From: an uncultured bacterium
GTDB lineage: Bacteria; Acidobacteriota; Aminicenantia; Aminicenantales; UBA4085
Assembly: GCA_937868205.1 (NCBI GenBank)
Contig: CALMMC010000091.1
Span: 2,047-66,046, forward strand
Reading direction: 5' to 3'
DNA: 64,000 nt
Both the position numbers and the translations under genes were made by a program. The notes under the pieces are model-generated. The model worked only from the letters and a program-made list of their open reading frames with translations, was not told the origin of the DNA and ran no database searches. How positions within the stretch are numbered: the stretch's first letter is position 1; every line of letters starts with the position of its first letter. Below, piece after piece: positions 18,136 to 26,359 of this stretch.

Positions 18136-18311
18136 TCTTGCCATTTAAAAATCTTACCGGGACTGGACAAGGAAAAGGACGTTTTTTTACGCTCTCCTCT
18201 TTATCTGAGGAGGGCGGAGAGTGGATCTTCACAGCCGGAGGGAGCTCATGGAATCCAGGTCAAAACGATCTCGTCAAGCCTCGGCTCCGGTCAGGTTCTT
18301 AAATGGCAAGA
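18136..18311. repeat. MITE-like element bounded by 25-bp imperfect inverted repeats
   Basis: 18136-18160 is tcttgccatttaaaaatcttaccgg. The reverse complement of 18287-18311 is tcttgccatttaagaacctgaccgg, matching at 22 of 25 positions. The ~126-bp interior has no credible ORF and contains a CTCCTC/GAGGAG hairpin. Confidence 0.5.
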
Positions 18312-18391
18312 CCATGCCCTTTTGGGCAAAGTCTTTATAACGCGGGGCAGGGAACGGAGATCCCGCCGCTCCCGGCCCGCGAGACGGGAAC

Positions 18392-18607
18392 TCAGGGGGA
18401 CGGCTTCGGCTTTTTTTTCGTTGAAATCCGGAAGGGAACGTACAGAGGACAAAATCCAATGAAGCTCGTCACGATGAAAACGACCGCGACGATTCCCAAA
18501 ACGACGGCCCAAACTCCGCTGATCACTTCCAGGCAGTAGAGGACCACGATCGCGGCGGCCGCCGCGATCCGGACGAGCCGGTCAACCACCCCCATGTTGG
18601 TTTTCAT
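18392..18607 (-). CDS. DUF2892 (YgaP-like) small membrane protein
   Basis: Trimmed to MKTNMGVVDRLVRI (ATG 18605-18607, RBS aaggagag). Two TM helices and the FCPLY motif typical of DUF2892 as I recall it. Confidence 0.7.
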   Translation of the reverse strand: MKTNMGVVDRLVRIAAAAAIVVLYCLEVISGVWAVVLGIVAVVFIVTSFIGFCPLYVPFRISTKKKPKPSP

Positions 18608-18647
18608 CAGTCTCTCCTTTCCGAGGGACAAGCCCCCCCTTTTTTAA

Positions 18648-18676
18648 AAGATAATTCCAAAGAGAGGAAAGGTCAA
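18648..18676 (-). promoter_or_regulatory. sigma70-like promoter for DUF2892 gene
   Basis: Minus strand reads TTGACC (18671-76), 17 nt, TATCTT (18648-53). Confidence 0.4.
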
Positions 18677-18786
18677 GGCGGAGACCGCGCGCCGGAACGG
18701 CTCCGGAGGAAGAGGCATCGGAATCCGCGCCCTGTGACAACGGCATTATCAACGATCCGTCCGCGGAATGTTATTGATTTTTCGCA

Positions 18787-19533
18787 TCAACGGTCCGGGC
18801 GAAGCGCGCCCGAGGGGATCGACCGCTGGCGGGCGATCTCGAAGAAAAAGACCGAGGCGGCCGAGGCGACGTTGAGGGAATTAACCCGCCCCCGCATCGG
18901 GATGGAGAGAACCCGGTCGCATTTCCGGCGGATAAGGGGCCGAAGGCCTTTTCCCTCCGAACCGAGGACGACGGCCACGGCGACGGTGTAGTCGAACTCG
19001 AAATACCGGCCGTCGCCGCCGCTTTCCGCCCCGACAAGCCAAAAGCCGCGCTTTTTAAGCGCGTCCATGGTTTGGGCGAGGTTCGGGACGCGGGCGACCC
19101 GGAGGTGTTCGAGGGCTCCGGCCGACACCTCGAAGACGGTCTCGGTCAGGCCGGCCGAGCGGCGCTCGGGCAGGACGATGCCGTCGGCGCCCGCGCCCTC
19201 GGCGCTCCGGAGAACGGCCCCCAGGTTTTGGGGATCCTCGATCTCATCCAGAAGGACGAGGAATGGGGACGGACCGGCGGAGGCGAGGATCTCTTCGAGG
19301 GAAACATATTCCTTCGGAGAGAGAACCGCCACGACGCCCTGATGATGGGGAGACATTTTGTCGAGAGCCTGTTTTGGGAGAAAGACGCAGGGAATGCGGT
19401 TTGCCTTCGCCAAGCCAACGATCGTTCCGACGGGGCGATGGCCCTCTTCTTTCTGGAGAAACAGCTTGTTGATCCGCCGCGGGGAGGCCCGGAGAATCTC
19501 GACGACGGGATTGATGCGGTTGACTTGATCCAT
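18787..19533 (-). CDS. TrmH/SpoU-family RNA 2'-O-methyltransferase (RlmB-like)
   Basis: Trimmed to MDQVNRINPVVEIL (ATG 19531-19533). SpoU motifs present: LVLLDEIEDPQNLGAVLRSAEGAGADGIV, VVLGSEGKGLR and IPMRGRVNSLNVASA. Confidence 0.85.
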   Translation of the reverse strand: MDQVNRINPVVEILRASPRRINKLFLQKEEGHRPVGTIVGLAKANRIPCVFLPKQALDKMSPHHQGVVAVLSPKEYVSLEEILASAGPSPFLVLLDEIEDPQNLGAVLRSAEGAGADGIVLPERRSAGLTETVFEVSAGALEHLRVARVPNLAQTMDALKKRGFWLVGAESGGDGRYFEFDYTVAVAVVLGSEGKGLRPLIRRKCDRVLSIPMRGRVNSLNVASAASVFFFEIARQRSIPSGALRPDR

Positions 19534-19685
19534 GGGGAATCCTTCCGCATTATACGCCGATCCGGCCGGAAAATCCGGGAACGCCGTATCCTTCCTTCGG
19601 CGCCCGGCCGGCCATGCCGGATCCGCGATCGGCCGGGAAATGGGGAAATGGTTAAACAGGTTCTGATTTGGCCGAAGGGGGGAAA

Positions 19686-19717
19686 CCGGGCGCCGGAACA
19701 TCCGTTCCGGCGCCCGG
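19686..19717 (-). terminator. 14-bp perfect hairpin downstream of 19742..20470
   Basis: CCGGGCGCCGGAAC (19686-99), 4-nt loop, GTTCCGGCGCCCGG (19704-17). It sits 25 nt after the stop codon. On the minus strand only a short TTT follows. Confidence 0.5.
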
Positions 19718-19741
19718 GAAGAAACGCAGAGGAAAGAAATC

Positions 19742-20470
19742 TTACCGTTTCTGGACGTCGTCCATACTGAGCGTGGCCTTCTTGGTGAAGCCCGCCGGGA
19801 TCCCGTAGATTCCGGCCGGCGCGGCCTTCATGGAGATCTCCGCGACGGTGGTCGTCGAGTGGATCTTGGCCCCCATCATCTCGGCGTTCACTTCCGAGGC
19901 GATCTGGTAGCCCTTGATCTTCATCATTTCCTTCACCGAGGCGTCGTCCAGCCGCATCATCCCTTTCGTCATGGCCGGCATGAATCTTTCGGAGAACTTC
20001 GCCCAGTCGAAGGCGACTTCGGTCGAGGCCCAAATCTTGGTTTTCATGGGCATGCCCATGACCGTCATGGTCATGTCATAGCCCTGGCAGTTCCACGACC
20101 CGACCTTTTTCGTCTCTCCAGTCGGATTCACGGTCGCCGACATGACGAACATCCCGGCCATCGAGGCCATTTCGGCCGGCAGGAGCTTGGCGAAATCAAC
20201 CGGAAGCGCCGTTTCGACGTAGGACTTTTCGGCCATGTTGATCATGGCGAAGGTGTTCTTGGCCAAGTCGATCACCGTCCGGCCGTCCTGGCTGACCATG
20301 GCCAGGGCGTTGTCGCCGATCCACAGCTCGGAGACGGTGTCGGTGGCCGGCGTGGTCTGTCCCATCATCGACATGGCGTCGGTATGGGAATTGCTCTTGA
20401 TGTAAACGTCCGCGCTCAGGAACAGGGCGGACGCGGCGATGATCAACATTCCCGCGATGAATTTTTTCAT
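19742..20470 (-). CDS. hypothetical secreted protein
   Basis: Signal peptide MKKFIAGMLIIAASALFLSA. Met-rich mature sequence with normal composition. No family recognised with confidence. Confidence 0.6.
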   Translation of the reverse strand: MKKFIAGMLIIAASALFLSADVYIKSNSHTDAMSMMGQTTPATDTVSELWIGDNALAMVSQDGRTVIDLAKNTFAMINMAEKSYVETALPVDFAKLLPAEMASMAGMFVMSATVNPTGETKKVGSWNCQGYDMTMTVMGMPMKTKIWASTEVAFDWAKFSERFMPAMTKGMMRLDDASVKEMMKIKGYQIASEVNAEMMGAKIHSTTTVAEISMKAAPAGIYGIPAGFTKKATLSMDDVQKR

Positions 20471-20546
20471 GACGATTTTTCCTTTCCCGCGCGCCGCGGA
20501 ACGCCGCGGGCGGGCGCGGTGTCTTGGTCGTATCCGTCCGGACCGC

Positions 20547-21080
20547 TTACTTGCCCAGGACGAACGTCACCCCGAGCACGCCGCCGAATCCGGACCAGTG
20601 CCCCGTCAGGGATCCGACCAGGCGCAGGCTGACGGCCATTTTCGGATTAAAATAGTACCGCCCGCCGACGAAAATCGGGATATAGATGCCCGAGCTGCCC
20701 GTGCCGCCGATTCCGCCGCCGGAAGAATCTTTCCATTTCCAGGAATAGGCGGAGTAGCCGAGGCCGCCTCCGGCGTACAAATCAAACTTTTCCGCGTTGA
20801 GCTTGGTGAAATGGTAGGCGACGTCGGCGTTGAAGTTGATGAGGGTGGACGACCAGTATTCTTCGCTCCACATGTTGAGCATGACCGATCCGCCGATCCC
20901 GATGTTCTCTGTGAGGCCGTATTCGGCGTTCACGCCGAAGGGGATGCTCCCTCCCCAGCTGTTCACCCCGATCTGCGGAGTCACATAGATTCCGCCCTTC
21001 CAAAATTCCTTTGTCCCGGCCGCGGCCGTCCCGGCCAGAACCGCCAGAGCTAATACCGTCACCATAATCTTTCGTTTCAT
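20547..21080 (-). CDS. small outer-membrane beta-barrel protein
   Basis: Start set to the ATG at 21078-21080 (RBS aaggag). Signal peptide ends AAAG. Alternating aromatic/Gly-rich strands with terminal VTFVLGK. Confidence 0.7.
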   Translation of the reverse strand: MKRKIMVTVLALAVLAGTAAAGTKEFWKGGIYVTPQIGVNSWGGSIPFGVNAEYGLTENIGIGGSVMLNMWSEEYWSSTLINFNADVAYHFTKLNAEKFDLYAGGGLGYSAYSWKWKDSSGGGIGGTGSSGIYIPIFVGGRYYFNPKMAVSLRLVGSLTGHWSGFGGVLGVTFVLGK

Positions 21081-21116
21081 GGATTCTCCTTTCAATCAGA
21101 TAGTGGCTTGAGTCCC

Positions 21117-21145
21117 ATGATAGAAACCGGGAGGGCGATTGTCAA
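21117..21145 (-). promoter_or_regulatory. sigma70-like promoter for OMP gene 20547..21080
   Basis: Minus strand reads TTGACA (21140-45), 17 nt, TATCAT (21117-22). An A/T-rich tract lies upstream (aaaaataaaaaattc). Confidence 0.5.
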
Positions 21146-21350
21146 GAATTTTTTATTTTTCCTATGATTTAAGTCATATCTCTCTTTTTCCACCTTATTT
21201 CCCGCCTTGCCGCCCCCTCCGGGAACGCCGCCGGTTTCTTCTTTTTGGGGCCGGGTCGATCCGGTTTCGGCTGAATCCTCTCTGAATAAAATCGATCCGG
21301 ACGTCCCCCTCCCCTTCCGTTTCGGGCTTGCCTTATGGTAGAAAGAATCG

Positions 21351-22292
21351 ATGCGCCGGAAAACCCTCCGTTTTCTTCTCCGCCTGGCCCTCGGACTGGG
21401 CGGCCTGGCCGCGGTTTTCTTTCTCTCCCGGGCCAAGCTGCCCGAAATCGGCCGGGCCCTCGGCGGCGCCGACTGGGGGCTCCTGGCCCTCTCGTTCTGT
21501 CTCCACGCCCTGGGTCTTCTCATCAGCGTCCACCGCTGGCGGATCTTGGCCCGGGCCCAGGGCGACGACATCCCGTTCGGCTTTCTGGCGAAATCCTACC
21601 TCATCGGCAAGTTCTTCAACACCTTTCTCCCGACGAGCTTCGGCGGCGACGTCGTCCGCATCTGGGACGGATCGAAATATTCCTCGTCGATCGTCAAGTC
21701 GTCGGCCATCGTCGTCGTCGAACGGATGACCGGCGTCATCGTCCTCTTCTTCTTCGCCCTGGCCGCCTCGCTCGGCCGCCTGGAGATGGCCGGGAAGGTC
21801 CCGTTCATCGGGGCGGCCTTAGTCCTCGGAACGGCCGGGCTGGCGTCCGCGGCCGTCTTCTTCCTCCCCCTCACCGGCCGGTGGCTCCGCGGGGGCGCGC
21901 CGGACGGACTCCTCCGGAAAGCGCGGGACAAGGCGCTTCTTTTCCGGGAGGCGATCCTGTCCTACCGCCGCCGGCCCCGGCCGTTTTTCCGGGCGATGCT
22001 GTGGGCCGTGTTTCTCCAGCTGAACGTCATCGTCTACTTCATCCTGATCGGAATATCCCTGGATCTCCCCATCCCGGCGTTCGATTATTTCATCTTCATC
22101 CCCCTCGTTCTCCTCGTCCAGATGCTTCCGGTCACGATCAACGGCCTGGCCGTCCGGGAGGGGGCCTATGTGGCGATCTTTGCTTATTACGGGCTGTCCT
22201 CATCGGCCGCCCTGTCTTACGCCTTCGTCGACTTGGCCTACAGTCTGGTCATCGGGGCGGCGGGCGCGGTCCTCTACCTGACGCGCCGATGA
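21351..22292 (+). CDS. UPF0104 / lysyl-PG-synthase-TM-like 'flippase-like' membrane protein
   Basis: Multi-TM protein with the family-typical GKFFNTFLPTSFGGDVVRIWD and MLPVTINGLAVREGAY motifs. Confidence 0.75.
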   Translation: MRRKTLRFLLRLALGLGGLAAVFFLSRAKLPEIGRALGGADWGLLALSFCLHALGLLISVHRWRILARAQGDDIPFGFLAKSYLIGKFFNTFLPTSFGGDVVRIWDGSKYSSSIVKSSAIVVVERMTGVIVLFFFALAASLGRLEMAGKVPFIGAALVLGTAGLASAAVFFLPLTGRWLRGGAPDGLLRKARDKALLFREAILSYRRRPRPFFRAMLWAVFLQLNVIVYFILIGISLDLPIPAFDYFIFIPLVLLVQMLPVTINGLAVREGAYVAIFAYYGLSSSAALSYAFVDLAYSLVIGAAGAVLYLTRR

Positions 22293-23476
22293 GCCGCCGC
22301 AGGATCGTCACGGCCGTCCTGAGCGGCTGGCTTTTCTTGGCCCCCCACCTCGCCCGGCCCGCTTTCGGCCAATCCGAGCCGGACGCCGCTTCCGTCCAGG
22401 CCGGCGAATACGAAAAGCGCCTGGCCGAGATCCGCGGGGACATCGAGCGGCTCCGGGCGAAGCTCGGCGACGAGGAAAAACGGGAAAGAAGCGTTCTCTC
22501 CCAGTTGGACCGAATCGCCGTCCGGAAACGCCTTCTCCGGAGCGAATGGAAGCTCCTTCAGGTCCAGCTCGCCCGGACCCGGGCCGACCGGGACGCCGTC
22601 GGGCGGAGCATCCCGGAAATGCGCAATGCCCTGGCCGCCGACCGCGACCGGCTGGCCCGGGTTCTTCTCACCATCTACAAGCACGGCCGCTTCAGCGTCG
22701 CCCGATACGCCCTGGAAGCGCGCGATCTGCGAACCTTCGTCGACCAGATCCGGGCGCTCGAAGCCGTCGCCGGAGCCCAGGACCGGGTCATCGCCGATTT
22801 CCTCTCCCGGCTGGCCGCCCTGGGCCAAGCCGACCGGGAGCTGGGGGAAAAGGAGGCCGAGATCGCCGCCTTGACGAAGCAGTCGACGGCCAAGCAGGTC
22901 GAGCTCGAGGCCGAGGAAAAGAAGAACCGGACGCTCGTCGCCCAGATTAAAACCAACCAAAAAACCTACGAACAGGCCATCGGCGAGCTCAACCAGCGCG
23001 CCCGGGAGCTCGAAAAGCTTCTCCGCGACCTGGAATCCCGTCCTCATCCAGGCGTTTTCCCCGGCCTGCCGTTCGGCGAGACCAAGGGCCGCCTCGACTG
23101 GCCGGTCGACGGACGCGTCACCCAAAATTACGGACTGCAAAAGGGCAGCTTCAACACGAAAACCGAGAACAACGGCATCGAGATCACCCCGTCCCCAGGG
23201 GATTTGACTATCCGGGCCATCCATGCCGGAAAGGTCGTCTACGCCGATTTCTTCCCGAGCTACGGCAACCTCCTCATCCTCGAGCACGGCGGCGGCTACC
23301 ACTCGCTCTACGGTCATTGCGCCGAATTCCTCGTCCGCAACGGCGACTTCGTCGGGCCCGGAACGCCCCTGGCCGTCGCCGGCGACACCGCCTCGCTCTC
23401 GGGGATTTCCCTCTATTTCGAGATCCGCTACCAGACCAAGCCCGTCAATCCCTTGCTTTGGCTTCGGCGAAGGTGA
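22289..23476 (+). CDS. EnvC-like murein hydrolase activator (coiled coil plus degenerate LytM/M23 domain)
   Basis: Start ATG 22289 overlaps the previous stop (ATGA). Signal peptide present. Long coiled coil (EKRLAEIRGDIERLRAKL...). C-terminal M23 fold has NNGIEI in place of HxGxD and SLYFEI in place of HLHFE. Confidence 0.8.
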   Translation: MSRRRIVTAVLSGWLFLAPHLARPAFGQSEPDAASVQAGEYEKRLAEIRGDIERLRAKLGDEEKRERSVLSQLDRIAVRKRLLRSEWKLLQVQLARTRADRDAVGRSIPEMRNALAADRDRLARVLLTIYKHGRFSVARYALEARDLRTFVDQIRALEAVAGAQDRVIADFLSRLAALGQADRELGEKEAEIAALTKQSTAKQVELEAEEKKNRTLVAQIKTNQKTYEQAIGELNQRARELEKLLRDLESRPHPGVFPGLPFGETKGRLDWPVDGRVTQNYGLQKGSFNTKTENNGIEITPSPGDLTIRAIHAGKVVYADFFPSYGNLLILEHGGGYHSLYGHCAEFLVRNGDFVGPGTPLAVAGDTASLSGISLYFEIRYQTKPVNPLLWLRRR

Positions 23477-23508
23477 TAGGATTTCTCCTTACGGAGCCAA
23501 CGACCCCG

Positions 23509-24654
23509 ATGAAGCTACCCCGCCCCCGGATCCTTGTTTCCTATGGCCTGGCGGCCGCGGCCTTCTTCCTCCTCCTCTGGGTCCGCCCGCCCTTGCAGTC
23601 CTCGAAACTTCCTCCGGCCAAGGATTTCGACATCCTGGACCGGGCCATCGAGCATATCCGCGACGATTATGTCAATGAAACGGACCCGCTTCAGACGATG
23701 GAAGGCGCTTTCCGAGGGCTCATCGGAGCCCTCGACCCGGCCTCGGCCTATCTGAGCTCCGAATTGACGGCCCGGGCGTCTTCTCGCCGCCTCGAGCGGC
23801 TTTACGACATCGGCTTGGCCGCTTATAAGCGGCCGGGCGCGTTTCCCGTCGTCGTCGCGGTCGTTGAGGGGTCGCCCGCGGAGAAAGCCGGCATCCAGCC
23901 GGGAGACGCGGTCAGCGCGGTCGACGACCGCTCCACCCTTGTCTGGAGCCACAACGAGTTCCGCTTCGCCTTGAAGAGCGAGAAGCCCGCGCCGGTCAAG
24001 CTCCGCTTGATCCATGAAAATGAAACCCTCGAGAAAACCGTCGACCGGTACGCCCCTTATCCCGCTCCCGTAGCCTGGACGGCCGAGCCCGGAACGGCGG
24101 GGATCGTCCGGATCCACCATCTTTTTTCCGGAGCGATGGACGCCTTCCGCACGATCGTTCTTCCTCAAGTTGCGGGCCGCAAGAACACGCTCATTCTCGA
24201 CCTGCGCGGCTGCCGCGAAGGCGAGATCGAGGAGGCGCGCGGCTTGGTCAATCTCTTCCTGAAAAGCCCCCGGGCCGGAACGTTCGAGAAAAAAGGCGGC
24301 ATCAAGACCGTTTGGGCTTGCCCGGCCGAACCCGTTCTGCCCGATGTCCCTCTGGTCGTCTGGGTGGACCCGGCGACGATGGGCCCGGCCGAAATCGCGG
24401 CCGGCGTCCTCCGCGACTTCAAGCGGGCGACCGTCGTCGGGACCCCGACGGCCGGCTTAACCGCCGAACAGAAGCTCCTGCCGCTCGACGCCGGAGACGG
24501 ATTGCTGCTGACGGTCGGCGCGTTCACCCTCGCCTCGGGGGAGGCCCTGTTTGAAAAAGGCCTCACGCCGGACGTGAAAATCGGTCCGGGGAAAAAAACC
24601 GGCGCGGATTATCTCGAAAAAACCAAGGGCCTGCCCGGCAGCCGGCGCCCATGA
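23509..24654 (+). CDS. S41 (C-terminal processing peptidase) family homolog, catalytic dyad apparently absent
   Basis: Trimmed to MKLPRPRILV, which has an N-terminal TM. PDZ segment VVAVVEGSPAEKAGIQPGDAVSAVDD. S41 core LILDLRGCREGEIEEA...PLVVWVDPATMGPAEIAAGVLRDFKRATVVGTPTAGLT. Confidence 0.8.
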   Translation: MKLPRPRILVSYGLAAAAFFLLLWVRPPLQSSKLPPAKDFDILDRAIEHIRDDYVNETDPLQTMEGAFRGLIGALDPASAYLSSELTARASSRRLERLYDIGLAAYKRPGAFPVVVAVVEGSPAEKAGIQPGDAVSAVDDRSTLVWSHNEFRFALKSEKPAPVKLRLIHENETLEKTVDRYAPYPAPVAWTAEPGTAGIVRIHHLFSGAMDAFRTIVLPQVAGRKNTLILDLRGCREGEIEEARGLVNLFLKSPRAGTFEKKGGIKTVWACPAEPVLPDVPLVVWVDPATMGPAEIAAGVLRDFKRATVVGTPTAGLTAEQKLLPLDAGDGLLLTVGAFTLASGEALFEKGLTPDVKIGPGKKTGADYLEKTKGLPGSRRP

Positions 24655-25490
24655 AGCGGAAGCGGCGCCGGCCCTTGGCCTGGCTCATCCCGCTCGCCTT
24701 CGCTATTCTGACGGCCGTTTTCGCCTTCCTTCTGACCAGGCCGCGGCCGACAGGGACATCCCCCGCCGGCCCTCCCTCCAAATCCGGCCCGGTGGCGAAA
24801 AAGCGGATGCCGCCGGCGTCTTCCGTTCCCCTGGCCGCGATCATCATCGACGACATCGGTTACAGCCTGGAGGCGGTCGAAAGCATCTACGCCGTCGGCC
24901 GCCCGCTCACCGTGGCCGTCCTGCCGGATGCGGACTTGACGGAGGAATCGGCCCGCTTGGCCGCCGCCTGCGGATTGGAGGTCATGCTCCATCTGCCCCT
25001 GGAATCCAACGGGAACAAGACCGATCCGGCGGGCTCCGGCCCGGCGATCCGGGAGGGGAAGTCCCGCGGAGAGATCCGGGCCGAGATTGATCGTTGCCTC
25101 GCCCGGGTCCCGGGCGCCCGCGGCCTCAACAATCACGAGGGCTCGGCGACGACGGAAAAGGCGGAGTTGATGCGCCCGATTCTCGAGATCCTCAAGGAGC
25201 GGGGACTTTATTTCATCGACAGCCGGACGACCGCGGCCACCGTCGCCCTGCGGGAAGCCGGCCGGATAGGAGTCCGGGCCGCCGCCCGCCGGGTTTTTCT
25301 CGACGCGGAACGCGGCGATGAGGCCTTTGCCGCCGGGCTCCGGGAGCTCTTCCGCTCAGCGAAGGAAAATGGACGGGCCGTCGCGATCTGCCATCCGAAG
25401 CGCGAGTCGCTCGCCGCCCTGGCCCGTCACGTCGGCTTGGCCGAATCCTTCGGCGTCCGCCTCGTTTTCGCCTCCGCGGTCGTCGAATGA
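24651..25490 (+). CDS. divergent polysaccharide deacetylase (YibQ-like)
   Basis: 4-nt overlap with the previous gene. N-terminal TM. Contains AAIIIDDIGYS, TVAVLP, MLHLPLE, NNHEGS and YFIDSRTT. Confidence 0.8.
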   Translation: MKRKRRRPLAWLIPLAFAILTAVFAFLLTRPRPTGTSPAGPPSKSGPVAKKRMPPASSVPLAAIIIDDIGYSLEAVESIYAVGRPLTVAVLPDADLTEESARLAAACGLEVMLHLPLESNGNKTDPAGSGPAIREGKSRGEIRAEIDRCLARVPGARGLNNHEGSATTEKAELMRPILEILKERGLYFIDSRTTAATVALREAGRIGVRAAARRVFLDAERGDEAFAAGLRELFRSAKENGRAVAICHPKRESLAALARHVGLAESFGVRLVFASAVVE

Positions 25491-25509
25491 GGACCCGATC
25501 CGGCCGGTA

Positions 25510-26130
25510 TCAGAAGCCGATCCCGGCCATGATCAAAAGCGCGCCGTTTTTGGCCTCGAGGGCTTCCCCCTCCACTTCATAGCAGTTCATCAGGCCGAGC
25601 GTATAACGGAGACCGACCGTGAGTCTAGTGACGCCGATGGGCAACTCCCCCCCCGCCCCGAACGCCAGGCCGAGGTCCAAAGACTTCATTCCCTTGATAT
25701 CATCGGTAATCAACTCGCCTTGCCATTCAAAACGCATGGTCGCTCCAACCTTGAAGGCGAGCGCCGGTCCGCCGAAGATGAAGACCTTCGCGCTCGGCCC
25801 GGCGGCAAAAGAATATTTCGCCAGAATCGGCAGTTCCAGGTAGCTCAAGCGGAAATTGATCTTGAGATCGTTGTCCGGCCACTTCGTCCCTTTCTGAACG
25901 AACAAGAGTTCCGGTTGAATGGACAATTCGTCGATGATATTGAAGGTCAGGAATCCGCCCAGGGCGAAGCTCATCCAGGCATCATGTCTTCCGATATCCT
26001 CGCCGCTCCATCTGGAGAGAGAAAGACCCAGCATAATCCCCTTGCCCGTGATTTGAACCGCCTGAGCCGGGACGACGGCCAGGGTTAGAAACAAGGGTAA
26101 AACGGCCGCGGCGGCCGAGAATTTTCTCAT
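25510..26130 (-). CDS. outer-membrane beta-barrel protein (porin-family/OMP_b-brl-like)
   Basis: Start set to the ATG at 26128-26130 (RBS gaggagg 7 nt upstream). Signal peptide ends PAQA. Amphipathic strands with terminal aromatic IMAGIGF. Confidence 0.7.
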   Translation of the reverse strand: MRKFSAAAAVLPLFLTLAVVPAQAVQITGKGIMLGLSLSRWSGEDIGRHDAWMSFALGGFLTFNIIDELSIQPELLFVQKGTKWPDNDLKINFRLSYLELPILAKYSFAAGPSAKVFIFGGPALAFKVGATMRFEWQGELITDDIKGMKSLDLGLAFGAGGELPIGVTRLTVGLRYTLGLMNCYEVEGEALEAKNGALLIMAGIGF

Positions 26131-26161
26131 GTTCACTCCTCCTCAAAACCATGATGGAAGC

Positions 26162-26190
26162 AATCTATCAATCAGAGGGACGAGCGTCAA
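26162..26190 (-). promoter_or_regulatory. sigma70-like promoter for OMP gene 25510..26130
   Basis: Minus strand reads TTGACG (26185-90), 17 nt, TAGATT (26162-67). Confidence 0.45.
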
Positions 26191-26208
26191 GGCCGTGGAT
26201 CACGTTTT

Positions 26209-26266
26209 CTAAAATCCAGCCGAGGGGCGATATGTCCTTCCATTTAAAAATCTTACCCCGGCTGGA
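26209..26266. repeat. second copy of the promoter-proximal block found at 18110-18167
   Basis: By hand alignment 49 of 58 positions are identical to 18110-18167, including ccatttaaaaatcttacc (18/18). Weaker similarity extends to ~26186 and ~26340. Confidence 0.5.
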
Positions 26267-26359
26267 TTGAAAAAAGGGTTTTTTCGATTTGTCTTCGGTC
26301 AAGGATTTTATAGAACGCTGCGGCCGAACCCTTCTTTCGTTCCGAGAGCCCCCGCCGGC

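Noticed and set aside
18304-18317. Sigma-54-like TGGCAAGACCATGC inside the right TIR of the MITE-like element.
   Set aside because: The GG-to-GC spacing is one nucleotide shorter than the TGGCAC-N5-TTGC consensus. No downstream plus-strand gene exists for it to drive.
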